Shown: piece after piece, positions 56,008 to 64,000 of the stretch
Numbering within the stretch: position 1 is the stretch's first letter
Layout of the letters: each line of letters opens with the position of its first letter
Assembly: GCA_965207065.1 (NCBI GenBank)
Contig: OZ242260.1
Coordinates: forward strand, 2,912,001-2,976,000
Reading direction: 5' to 3'
Source of the DNA: a bacterium
GTDB lineage: Bacteria; UBA8248
Length of the DNA: 64,000 nt
Made by a program: the position numbers and the translations under genes
The notes under the pieces: generated by a model
The model's database searches: none
The model's input: only the letters and a program-made list of their open reading frames with translations
Told to the model about the DNA's origin: nothing

Positions 56008-58335
56008 TTAAGCCCTCTTCTCGGCGATGGCGCGCCACAGTCTCTCGGGGCGCAGCGGCATGTCGATGTGCGTGATACCGAATGGCGAAAGCGCGTCGAG
56101 CACGGCGTTCACCACGGCGGGTGTGGAGCCGATGGTGCCGGCTTCGCCCACGCCCTTCGCGCCCAGCGGGTTTACGTCCGTCGGCGTAGTGGTGTGCAGT
56201 AGCTCGAAGCGTGGCAGCCTGTTCGCCTTGGGTAAGGCGTAGTGCATGAACGATGCGTTGAGCGGCTGCCCGCCCTCGCCGTAAATCATCTCTTCTTCCA
56301 GCGCCTGTCCCAACCCCTGGGCGATGCCGCCGTGGATCTGCCCGTGCACGAGCAGCGGGTTAATCATGTTGCCCACGTCGTCCACCGCCACGTAGCGGAG
56401 AATTTCCACATCGCCCGTCTCCGGGTCGACCTCGGCCAGTACGATATGCGTCCCGAAGGGGAAGGTGAAGTTGCTCGGCTCGAAGAAGTGGGTTTCCTCG
56501 AGGCCCGGATCGGTGTCTTCGGGAAGTGCGATGGCGCTGTAGGCCATCATCGCGACCTCGGCGAAGCCGGCCGATTTCTCGGGCGCGCTCCTGACGAATA
56601 CCTTGCCGTCCTCGAATTCGATGTCGTTCTCGTCCGCCTCGAATTCCATCGCCGCGAACTTGGCCATCTTGGCCCGCACCTTGTCGCGCGCGTAGACGAC
56701 CGCCGAGCCGCCGACCACGGTGCCCCGGCTGCCGAAAGTGCCCACGCCGTAGGGCACGACGTCGGTGTCTCCATGGATGACGGTCACGTCGTTCACGTCG
56801 ATGCCCAGCCCATCCGCCACGATCTGGGCGAATGACGTCTGCTGGCCCTGACCGTGGGGCGATGCGCCCGAGAATACGGTAGCCTTGCCCGTGGGCTCCA
56901 CGCGTACCCGCGCGCTCTCCCATCCCTGACCGCCCAGTGCGGCGGAAGGACCCATGCCGCAAATCTCGACGTAGGTCGAAAAGCCGATTCCCAGATATCT
57001 GCCGTCTTTTCTGGCTTCTTCCTGCTGCGCGCGCATACCGGAGTAATCCGCCGCTTCGAGCGCGAGGTCGAGCGCCTGATGGTAATCCCCGCTGTCGTAG
57101 CTGAGGCCTGCGGAGGTGTTGAATGGGAACTCGGATTTGTCCGGGAAATTCTTGCGCCTGATTTCCACGGGGTCCATGCCCAGCTCTATCGCGGCAATGT
57201 CCATCATGCGTTCCAGGATATATGTCGCCTCGGGACGGCCAGCGCCCCGGTAGGCGTCAGTCGCCACCTTGTTGGTGAACACGCCGGTGGCGTTCATCTC
57301 GATGTTCTCGATTTTGTAGGGGCCGGGCAGCATTAAACCCGTCAGCGTGAAGATGGCCACGGTGAGCAACTGATAGTAAGCCCCGCAATCGGCCAGCACG
57401 TTGTAGCGGAACGCGGTGATGGTTCCGTCGTTCTTGAGGCCCATTTCCACATCGCCCACCTGGCCGCGCCCGTGGATGGTGGTCATGAAGTTCTCGGAGC
57501 GGCTTTCCACCCACTTGATCGGCACGCCGAGTTCGCGCGAGACGAAGGCGGCGAGCGCCTCTTCGCGGTAGATGTTGAGCTTGCTGCCGAAGCCGCCGCC
57601 CACCTCGGGGGCGATGACGCGCATGCGGTTTTCCGGCATCCCGATCTGGATCGCCACCAGCGTGCGCACCTTGTGCGGCACCTGGGTGGAGGTCCAGATC
57701 GTCATCTTGTCCTCGCCGGGGAGGTAGTGCGCCAGAACGCCCCTGGGCTCGAGTGCCAGCGGGGCGACGCGGGCGTTAGTGATTTTCTCCTTGACGATGA
57801 CGTCGGCCTCTTTCATGCCGGCTTCCACGTCGCCGCCTGCGATTCCCCACTTGAAAGCCTCGTTGCTCTCATACGCGTCGTGCACCTTGGGAGAGCCGGA
57901 CTCGATAGCTGCTGCCAGGTCCACCACGGCGTCGAGCGGTTCGTAGTCGATATCGACCAGGTCCGCCGCGTCGCGCGCGCCGTAGCGCGTCTCGGCGATC
58001 ACCGCGACGACAGGCTCGCCCGCGAACAGCGTCTGTTTGTCCGCCAGAATCGGCTGTTCGGGAACCTTGGCGTCGGGTACGAGGCCGCCCACGGGAACGG
58101 GGCCGATGCCCTTCGTTTCCTCATGCGTATAGACGGCGACGACGCCTTCTGCCGCGGCCGCCTTTGAGACGTCGACCGAGCGTATGTTGGCTTTGCCGTA
58201 CGGGCTTCTCACCACCGCCATGTGCAGGGTGCCGTGTGGGTTGAAATCGTCCACGTAGTGGGCGAGGCCCTGGATGAGACGCGGATCGTCTCGTCTTTTG
58301 ATGGGCGCGCCGATGAATTTGGGTGCTTGCGCCAT
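56008..58335 (-). CDS. coxL: Molybdenum hydroxylase large subunit, form II CoxL/CutL-like
   Basis: VGGGFGSK, active-site AYRGAGR (form II), GQIHGG and GAKGVGE. Confidence 0.9.
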   Translation of the reverse strand: MAQAPKFIGAPIKRRDDPRLIQGLAHYVDDFNPHGTLHMAVVRSPYGKANIRSVDVSKAAAAEGVVAVYTHEETKGIGPVPVGGLVPDAKVPEQPILADKQTLFAGEPVVAVIAETRYGARDAADLVDIDYEPLDAVVDLAAAIESGSPKVHDAYESNEAFKWGIAGGDVEAGMKEADVIVKEKITNARVAPLALEPRGVLAHYLPGEDKMTIWTSTQVPHKVRTLVAIQIGMPENRMRVIAPEVGGGFGSKLNIYREEALAAFVSRELGVPIKWVESRSENFMTTIHGRGQVGDVEMGLKNDGTITAFRYNVLADCGAYYQLLTVAIFTLTGLMLPGPYKIENIEMNATGVFTNKVATDAYRGAGRPEATYILERMMDIAAIELGMDPVEIRRKNFPDKSEFPFNTSAGLSYDSGDYHQALDLALEAADYSGMRAQQEEARKDGRYLGIGFSTYVEICGMGPSAALGGQGWESARVRVEPTGKATVFSGASPHGQGQQTSFAQIVADGLGIDVNDVTVIHGDTDVVPYGVGTFGSRGTVVGGSAVVYARDKVRAKMAKFAAMEFEADENDIEFEDGKVFVRSAPEKSAGFAEVAMMAYSAIALPEDTDPGLEETHFFEPSNFTFPFGTHIVLAEVDPETGDVEILRYVAVDDVGNMINPLLVHGQIHGGIAQGLGQALEEEMIYGEGGQPLNASFMHYALPKANRLPRFELLHTTTPTDVNPLGAKGVGEAGTIGSTPAVVNAVLDALSPFGITHIDMPLRPERLWRAIAEKRA

Positions 58336-58338
58336 CTC

Positions 58339-58821
58339 TTATTCCCTCATCTGAGCCGCCGCCGCGGAAATGGCGTCGACGATGTTTTGATAACCCGTGC
58401 AGCGGCATATGTTTCCTTCGATGCCGTGCCTGATTTCCTCGTCTGTCGGATTGGAGTTGGACGCGATGAGCTGGTTCGCCGTCAGGATCATGCCCGGCGT
58501 GCAGAAGCCGCATTGCAATCCGTGTTTTTCCCAGAACTGCTCTTGAAGCGGATGGAGCTGATCCCCGTTGGCGAATCCCTCGATGGTCGTGACCGCGCAA
58601 CCATCCGCCTGCACGGCCAGGACAGTGCAGCTTTTCACCGCCTTGCCGTCCATCAGGACGGTGCAAGCGCCGCAAATCGAGGTTTCACACGCGATGTGCG
58701 TGCCTGTCAGGCCGGCGTCATCGCGCAGCAGGTGAACAAGAAGGGTTCTGGGCTCCACGTCGAACGTCCGGCTCTCGCCGTTGATGCTGATATTGATTTC
58801 CAAGGTCTTCGGGCCCCCCAC
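58339..58821 (-). CDS. coxS: Molybdenum hydroxylase 2x[2Fe-2S] subunit (CoxS/CutS-like)
   Basis: C....CGAC, QCGFCTPG and CRCTGY. Confidence 0.92.
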   Translation of the reverse strand: MGGPKTLEINISINGESRTFDVEPRTLLVHLLRDDAGLTGTHIACETSICGACTVLMDGKAVKSCTVLAVQADGCAVTTIEGFANGDQLHPLQEQFWEKHGLQCGFCTPGMILTANQLIASNSNPTDEEIRHGIEGNICRCTGYQNIVDAISAAAAQMRE

Positions 58822-59045
58822 GCATGAAAAAAAGTTCGAAGCGAATTCCCGATATGGGAGTCTATCGCCTCACCGAAGAATTGCGTTCCTCCATGAAATG
58901 CTCGAGTGAAATCATTATTGATGATGCGGCGAGGCCGTGTCAAGACGAAACTTTTTGAGGGCAGGAGCCGGTGTGTTTCGAGCCTCTCATCGTCTTTCGG
59001 GGAAAATGCGTGTAGGATACCTCCATCTTGCCGCCTGAACAGGAT

Positions 59046-60173
59046 ATGAAAATGGCCCACGCAGGTTTCGCCACGACAGAGGGCACGCAAAGCTACGCGC
59101 AGGCCCATTCGTCGGTCTGTCATCCCGATCATTACAGGCAGCTGAACGGCCTTTGGCTCTCCTCCATCGGGGTCGGCACCTATCTCGGAGAGGCAGACGA
59201 GGCGACCGACGCTGCTTACCGCGAATCCGTGGCCGCCGCCGTCCGCGGCGGTTGCAACGTCATCGACACGGCGGTGAACTATCGCTTTCAGCGCAGCGAG
59301 AGGAACATCCGCGCCGCACTGGACGATCTGTTTGCGGCAGGCGAGGTGAGCAGGGATGCGCTGGTCATATCCACCAAGGGAGGGTTCATCCCCTTCGACA
59401 CCCATCCACCGACCGGGCAGGCGGATTTTATGGATTACATGAGGAAAACCTATTTCGAGCCGGGAGTCTGCACGCCCGAGGATATCGTTGCGAACTGCCA
59501 CTGCATGACGCCCGCGTATATCAGACATGAACTCGACGCGAGCCTTGAGAACCTGGGGCTTGATACTATTGACGTCTACTACGTCCACAATCCCGAAACG
59601 CAGCTTCAGGAAGTCTCGCGCGAGGTTTTCCTGAGCAGGCTCAAGGACACCTTCGAGACACTCGAGGGAGCGGTGGCGGAGGGGAAGATCAAAAGCTACG
59701 GCACGGCCACCTGGAACGGGTATCGCATGGAGCCGGGTGAGGGGGAGTATCTCTCGCTGGCTGAGGTGCTCGGAGCGGCGCAAGCCGCGGGCGGTGAGAA
59801 TCATCACTTCAGGGTCGTTCAGCTGCCGCTGAATCTGGGCATGCCCGAGGCTTTCTCCAAGCCAAACCAGAGCCTAAACGGCGAGACGACGTGCTTTCTC
59901 GCCGCCGCCGCCCAAAGAGGCGTCACCGTCATGACGAGCGGCTCCATCCTCCAGGGACGCGCCGCCGAGGGGCTTCCTCCCATAATAGGGGAGGTGTTTC
60001 CGGGGTTTTCCACCGACGGGCAGCGCGCCATACAGTTTACCCGCAGCGCGCCCGGCGTGGCCGTCGCCCTGGTGGGTATGCGGCAGATGGACCACGTCGT
60101 CGAGAACATGGAAGTGGCCCAATCTCCGCCCGCTTCATTCGATGATTTCATCCGCCTGTTCCGCGAAGAATAA
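59046..60173 (+). CDS. Aldo/keto reductase family protein
   Basis: Motifs SIGVGTYLG, IDTAVNY, STKGG and DVYYVHNP. Confidence 0.88.
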   Translation: MKMAHAGFATTEGTQSYAQAHSSVCHPDHYRQLNGLWLSSIGVGTYLGEADEATDAAYRESVAAAVRGGCNVIDTAVNYRFQRSERNIRAALDDLFAAGEVSRDALVISTKGGFIPFDTHPPTGQADFMDYMRKTYFEPGVCTPEDIVANCHCMTPAYIRHELDASLENLGLDTIDVYYVHNPETQLQEVSREVFLSRLKDTFETLEGAVAEGKIKSYGTATWNGYRMEPGEGEYLSLAEVLGAAQAAGGENHHFRVVQLPLNLGMPEAFSKPNQSLNGETTCFLAAAAQRGVTVMTSGSILQGRAAEGLPPIIGEVFPGFSTDGQRAIQFTRSAPGVAVALVGMRQMDHVVENMEVAQSPPASFDDFIRLFREE

Positions 60174-60287
60174 TTTCTGGAAAAAAACTCTGCTCGGTGC
60201 TTTTCCCGGCCCACCCTCATCCCATAGAATGCGCGGCGAATCTCGACAGACCGCTTCTCGACATCATTCATTCCAGATGGAGGAAAC

Positions 60288-61562
60288 ATGCGCAGACCCT
60301 CATATCACCCAAACCCCATTCGCGGCGGCGGCAACGACGCCTACACCGGCGTGGACCACGTGCTCACCGAACCCTGGAAAGAAGAGGCGCACAACGTCCG
60401 CCTCGTCGCCCACTCGGACTTGAACGGCTGGGGCGACGCATTTCAGATTCAGGTGGGCGGTGGCATCTGCTACGTCGCGGCCTCGGGCGTGAACGGCCAC
60501 GACGGCATGACGATTCTCGACGTCAAGGACCCGGCGAATCCCAAGATCATCAACCAGATCGTCGACAGCCCGGCGGCGCGCACGCACAAGGTGCTCCGGA
60601 TCAACGACGAGGTTCTGCTCACGAACTCCGAACTCAGGCCCGCCCTGCGTGAGCAGTATCCCGACGCCATCGGCGGCCTGCGCATTTTCGACAACCGCGA
60701 CCCGTTCCACCCCAAATTCGTGAACTATGTGGAGGTGGACGGCTTCGGCATCCACCGTCCGATTTATGACCGAAAGCGCCAGCTCCTCTACAGCTCGGGC
60801 TTCAAGGACGGCTATGCGGGGAAGGTGTTACTCGTCCATGACATGAAGGACCCCTGGGCGCCCGAGTTCATCGGCATGGGCCACGTGCCCGGCCAGAAAG
60901 ACGGCGAAGAACCCTCCTGGGACCCCGAAATCGTGGGCGACGGCGGGTGGATTCACGAGGGAAATCCCTGGGGGAACTACGTCACGGCGGGCTATTGGGA
61001 CGCCGGCATCGCGCTCTTCGACCTGACCGACCCGACGAAGCCCGAACTCATGTGGCGCCACAACCCGCACGAGACGCACGGCTGGGCGGGCTGCTACCAC
61101 AGTTTCATCGTCCCGGAAGGGTCCGAGTTCGGCATCGTGACGCAGGAGACCACCACGGTGAACTGCGACGATCCGCCCGCGTTCGTGACTTTCTATGACT
61201 TGAGGAACATCCACGAGCCGCTGCCCGTGAGCACGTTCATGCCCTATGAGATCGACCCCATCGAGATGAGGCCCCTCGATGATAAATGGAACAAGACGGG
61301 CTCGCGCCACGGCGCGCACAACATCTGGCTCGACATGACGAAGGACGACCTCATGTATATCACCTGGTTCAACGCGGGCCTCCGGGTGGTGGACTGGTCG
61401 AACCCGTTCCGTCCCAAGGAAGTGGGCTACTACATCCCCGCCGGCACGAAGGAGCGCTGCTGTCCTCAGAGCAACGACGTGCAGGTGGACAAGGACACGG
61501 GCCTCATCTACATGGCCGACCGCTGGGGGCTGGGCCTGCACATCATGGAGTACACGGGCTGA
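60288..61562 (+). CDS. LVIVD-repeat beta-propeller protein
   Basis: Repeated blades ILDVKDPANP, IFDNRDPFHP, VHDMKDPWAP, LFDLTDPTKP and VVDWSNPFRP. Confidence 0.85.
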   Translation: MRRPSYHPNPIRGGGNDAYTGVDHVLTEPWKEEAHNVRLVAHSDLNGWGDAFQIQVGGGICYVAASGVNGHDGMTILDVKDPANPKIINQIVDSPAARTHKVLRINDEVLLTNSELRPALREQYPDAIGGLRIFDNRDPFHPKFVNYVEVDGFGIHRPIYDRKRQLLYSSGFKDGYAGKVLLVHDMKDPWAPEFIGMGHVPGQKDGEEPSWDPEIVGDGGWIHEGNPWGNYVTAGYWDAGIALFDLTDPTKPELMWRHNPHETHGWAGCYHSFIVPEGSEFGIVTQETTTVNCDDPPAFVTFYDLRNIHEPLPVSTFMPYEIDPIEMRPLDDKWNKTGSRHGAHNIWLDMTKDDLMYITWFNAGLRVVDWSNPFRPKEVGYYIPAGTKERCCPQSNDVQVDKDTGLIYMADRWGLGLHIMEYTG

Positions 61563-61656
61563 GTTTCATGTGGGCCTGCCCGGCGGTAATCCGGATGTCC
61601 GGCCTCGTCTTCACCTGATGGAGGACGCGGGTCGGTACTGAATTTTTCGTTGGACG

Positions 61657-61704
61657 AAGGGCCGCGGCGCGCGGGATTCGAGTCTCACGCCCGCGGCCCT
61701 TTTT
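61657..61704 (+). terminator. Probable intrinsic terminator
   Basis: aagggccgcgg...ccgcggccctt followed by a T-run. Confidence 0.6.
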
Positions 61705-61815
61705 ATCTTGAAGAAGATGGGCGCGGGCTCTTCTCGCACCTTTTTCGAATTCACGCCTCACTCGAAGTATGAATGTGGCGGAAACGGCGCCGGGTGGGGT
61801 ATTCTCCCCGCACCT

Positions 61816-61901
61816 GCCCGGGTGGTGGAATGGTAGACACTAGGGACTTAAAATCCCTTGGCCGAGAGGCCGTGCCGGTTCGAGTCCGGCCCCGGGTACC
61901 A
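61816..61901 (+). tRNA. tRNA-Leu (anticodon TAA)
   Basis: Acceptor stem GCCCGGG/CCCGGGT-A-CCA, D-arm TGGTAGAC, anticodon arm AGGGA-CTTAAAA-TCCCT, long variable arm and GTTCGAG T-loop. Confidence 0.96.
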
Positions 61902-62678
61902 TGTTTGAGCGCTAAGTATTTGAAAGCACTTCTGTTGCTATAGTCTGCCTTTGAAAAAGCCTGTGCGATGAGGTTTTCCGTCATCCATCGCGCCGGTTCC
62001 ATCCGTTGAGGGAAGGCGCGAAAACCTGAAGCAGGCGAACAAGCCCTCCCGAACAGGCGTGGCCGGGCCAGGACCGGACCGTTCGAGTAGATCGGGGGAT
62101 GCCACCGGCACGCGCTCTTCGGGATGCGCGCGGCGCGCCGTCGTCTTCCCGTCGGACCGTCCTCCGAAGTTCTGCCCGCAATGTCTTGTTCACCGTTATG
62201 CTCCGGCGCCACGCAACGTCCTCTCGATAACCACCGGTCGGAGCTCCATGACCCGGCCCGAATCGCGGCATCCAGGTTTCGGTGCTTGAGTGGAACGCGA
62301 GGCAGCAATGAAATAAGCGTGAGAGACGAAGATACGGATTCGATACGAATTTTACTGTTAAAAAAATATAATACAAAATATATATAAATACTATATAATG
62401 AAATATATTCGGCGGCGGAGGTCACTGGCGTTGACGGCAAGGTGTGGACTTTGCCGGATTGTTTGTTCGATGTCACCGAGGGTCTCCAGAAAAAGGGGGA
62501 CTTGGAGATTTATTGCCCATTGGTGGTGGTTGCGCCGGCGTATCACTTGCAGCGCAACCATGAACCTCGCCGCCATCGGAAGATGTGGAGGCTCTTCGAA
62601 GGCGAACACGTGACCAGGAACAATCAAGAGGATGTAGGGATTCAAAAACACGAGGGAATTCAATAAGGGGGACTTGTT

Positions 62679-63953
62679 ATGTCTATCACGAAACTCATCG
62701 CAATGGCCTTGGCAATATTGGTTTCAACATTCTTTGCGCTCGCGCATCCGGTGGTCGCGGCCGAGCGCACCGTCAAGATCGCAGCCTGGGGCGCGAAGTC
62801 GGGACCCTTGCGCTCGTTCGGCGTCAACTCCGAGGCCGTGCTCAAAGGGGCGGTGAAGTCCATCAACGACTCGGGCGGTGTGAAGCTGGGCGACGGTACC
62901 ATGGCCAAGATGGAATTCACCTACTACGATTCCGCCTGCAACGCCGATCAGGCCATCTCGGTCGCGCGCAAGGTCGAATCGCAAACCGGAGCGCTGATCG
63001 GCATCGGTCCGACGTGTTCCGGCGCCGCGGCGGCCATGTACGGCATCTTCCAGAAAAAGGTGGGCGACAAGTCCGACACCGGGCTTCAGTTCCCCATTCT
63101 CACCGACACCGCGATTCGCCCCGGCCTTGCCAAGAAGTCCCAGTGGACTTTCCGCAACGTGCCCAACGAGATCACCATGTATGACGCGTTGTTCAAATGG
63201 CTGCGCTCCAAGTATCCCAACGCCAAGACGATCTACGGCGGAACCGAGACGGACCAGGCCCACTCCAGGATCACCTTCGCCGCTGTCATAGTCCAAAAGG
63301 CCAAGAAATACGGCTTCGAGTGGGTCGGCGGCGGCATCGAAGGGGTGACCGGCAAGATCATAGCGGGCATGAAGAATGTGCTCAAAGTCTCGAAATCGTC
63401 CAACTGGCTGCTTGCCGATACGAACTTCTCGGTCCAGGCCCGCGCCTTCAAGAGATCGGGCGCCGACATGATGATCATCTCCTCGCACCCCTTCACCACC
63501 TGCGGCATGCTCAAGGAAATGAAACGCCAGCGCATCAAACCGAAGGTGCTCGTGGGGCTCACCAGCTCGTCGAGCGCGGAAACCCTCAAGGGTTGCTCCG
63601 CGGCTGCGGAAGGCATCTACATCCCGACCGGCTTCGCTCCGATCACGAAAGCCGCTGCGAAAGTCGCCGCCGCCGCCGAAGCCAACGGCGGGGCCGCCGA
63701 TCTACACAGCGCGGCCGCCTGGGAGAACGCGCACATCATCAAGCAGGTGGTCGAGGCGACCGGCGTCATGGCCAAACCCGAGACACTGAAGGCCGACAGA
63801 CGCAAGGTACGCGACGGCCTTGAGAAGCTGGTCAAGGTCGATGGGCTGATGGGCGAGATCGGTCGGGTCCAGGACGAGGGCGAATCCATCAAACCCTACG
63901 TCTTCGTGCAAGCCCAAAAGGGTGCGTGGAAGGTCGTCCACGATCCACGCTAA
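62679..63953 (+). CDS. ABC substrate-binding protein, branched-chain amino acid (LivJ-like) family
   Basis: Signal peptide, then INDSGGV, YDSAC, IGPTCS, FRN and NFS. Confidence 0.88.
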   Translation: MSITKLIAMALAILVSTFFALAHPVVAAERTVKIAAWGAKSGPLRSFGVNSEAVLKGAVKSINDSGGVKLGDGTMAKMEFTYYDSACNADQAISVARKVESQTGALIGIGPTCSGAAAAMYGIFQKKVGDKSDTGLQFPILTDTAIRPGLAKKSQWTFRNVPNEITMYDALFKWLRSKYPNAKTIYGGTETDQAHSRITFAAVIVQKAKKYGFEWVGGGIEGVTGKIIAGMKNVLKVSKSSNWLLADTNFSVQARAFKRSGADMMIISSHPFTTCGMLKEMKRQRIKPKVLVGLTSSSSAETLKGCSAAAEGIYIPTGFAPITKAAAKVAAAAEANGGAADLHSAAAWENAHIIKQVVEATGVMAKPETLKADRRKVRDGLEKLVKVDGLMGEIGRVQDEGESIKPYVFVQAQKGAWKVVHDPR

Positions 63954-64000
63954 CGCAGTCTCCGACCAGAATCGTGACTGGTGGATTGTTGATGCGGCGG

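Noticed and set aside
56008-58335. Bona fide form I CO dehydrogenase
   Set aside because: It lacks the AYXCSFR Cu-binding motif and the M-S-L gene order.
61657-61704. tRNA fragment or att site (contains ggattcgagtc)
   Set aside because: It does not match the adjacent tRNA-Leu 3' end. It is better explained as a terminator hairpin.
62398-62666. Small CDS upstream of the binding-protein gene
   Set aside because: Several short overlapping ORFs occur, with no recognisable motif or clear RBS. None can be supported.

Overview
This is a GC-rich bacterial chromosomal window, almost entirely accessory catabolic and transport genes. It encodes two amidases, a BisC/DMSO-reductase-family molybdoenzyme, AcuI, an amidohydrolase/Rieske/cupin/enolase cluster, three luciferase-like (LLM) oxidoreductases with a PPOX protein, LeuCD-like, PrpE, AtuA/DUF4387, an acyl-CoA dehydrogenase and ligase, a peptide-type ABC operon, a form II CoxSLM-like molybdenum hydroxylase and tRNA-Leu(TAA). 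The intergenic spaces hold several REP-like palindrome families, a MITE-like motif and one REP-associated tyrosine transposase (RAYT). The main hidden signal is at 23078..23677: the two short ORFs there read as one AhpD/CMD-like gene with an in-frame TGA in a CxxU motif, followed by a SECIS-like hairpin. This probable selenoprotein sits inside an uncharacterised LLM/F420-type redox operon (19404..25002). Other notable items are a single-chain triple-RidA protein coupled to the molybdoenzyme, a possible amidohydrolase-fold oxygenase with a Rieske partner, a LeuCD pair with non-canonical catalytic motifs, an NsrR-globin-YeaR cassette with its operator, and a RAYT flanked by a duplicated thrC 5' end. 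All calls come from reading motifs by eye. No database searches or folding programs were run.
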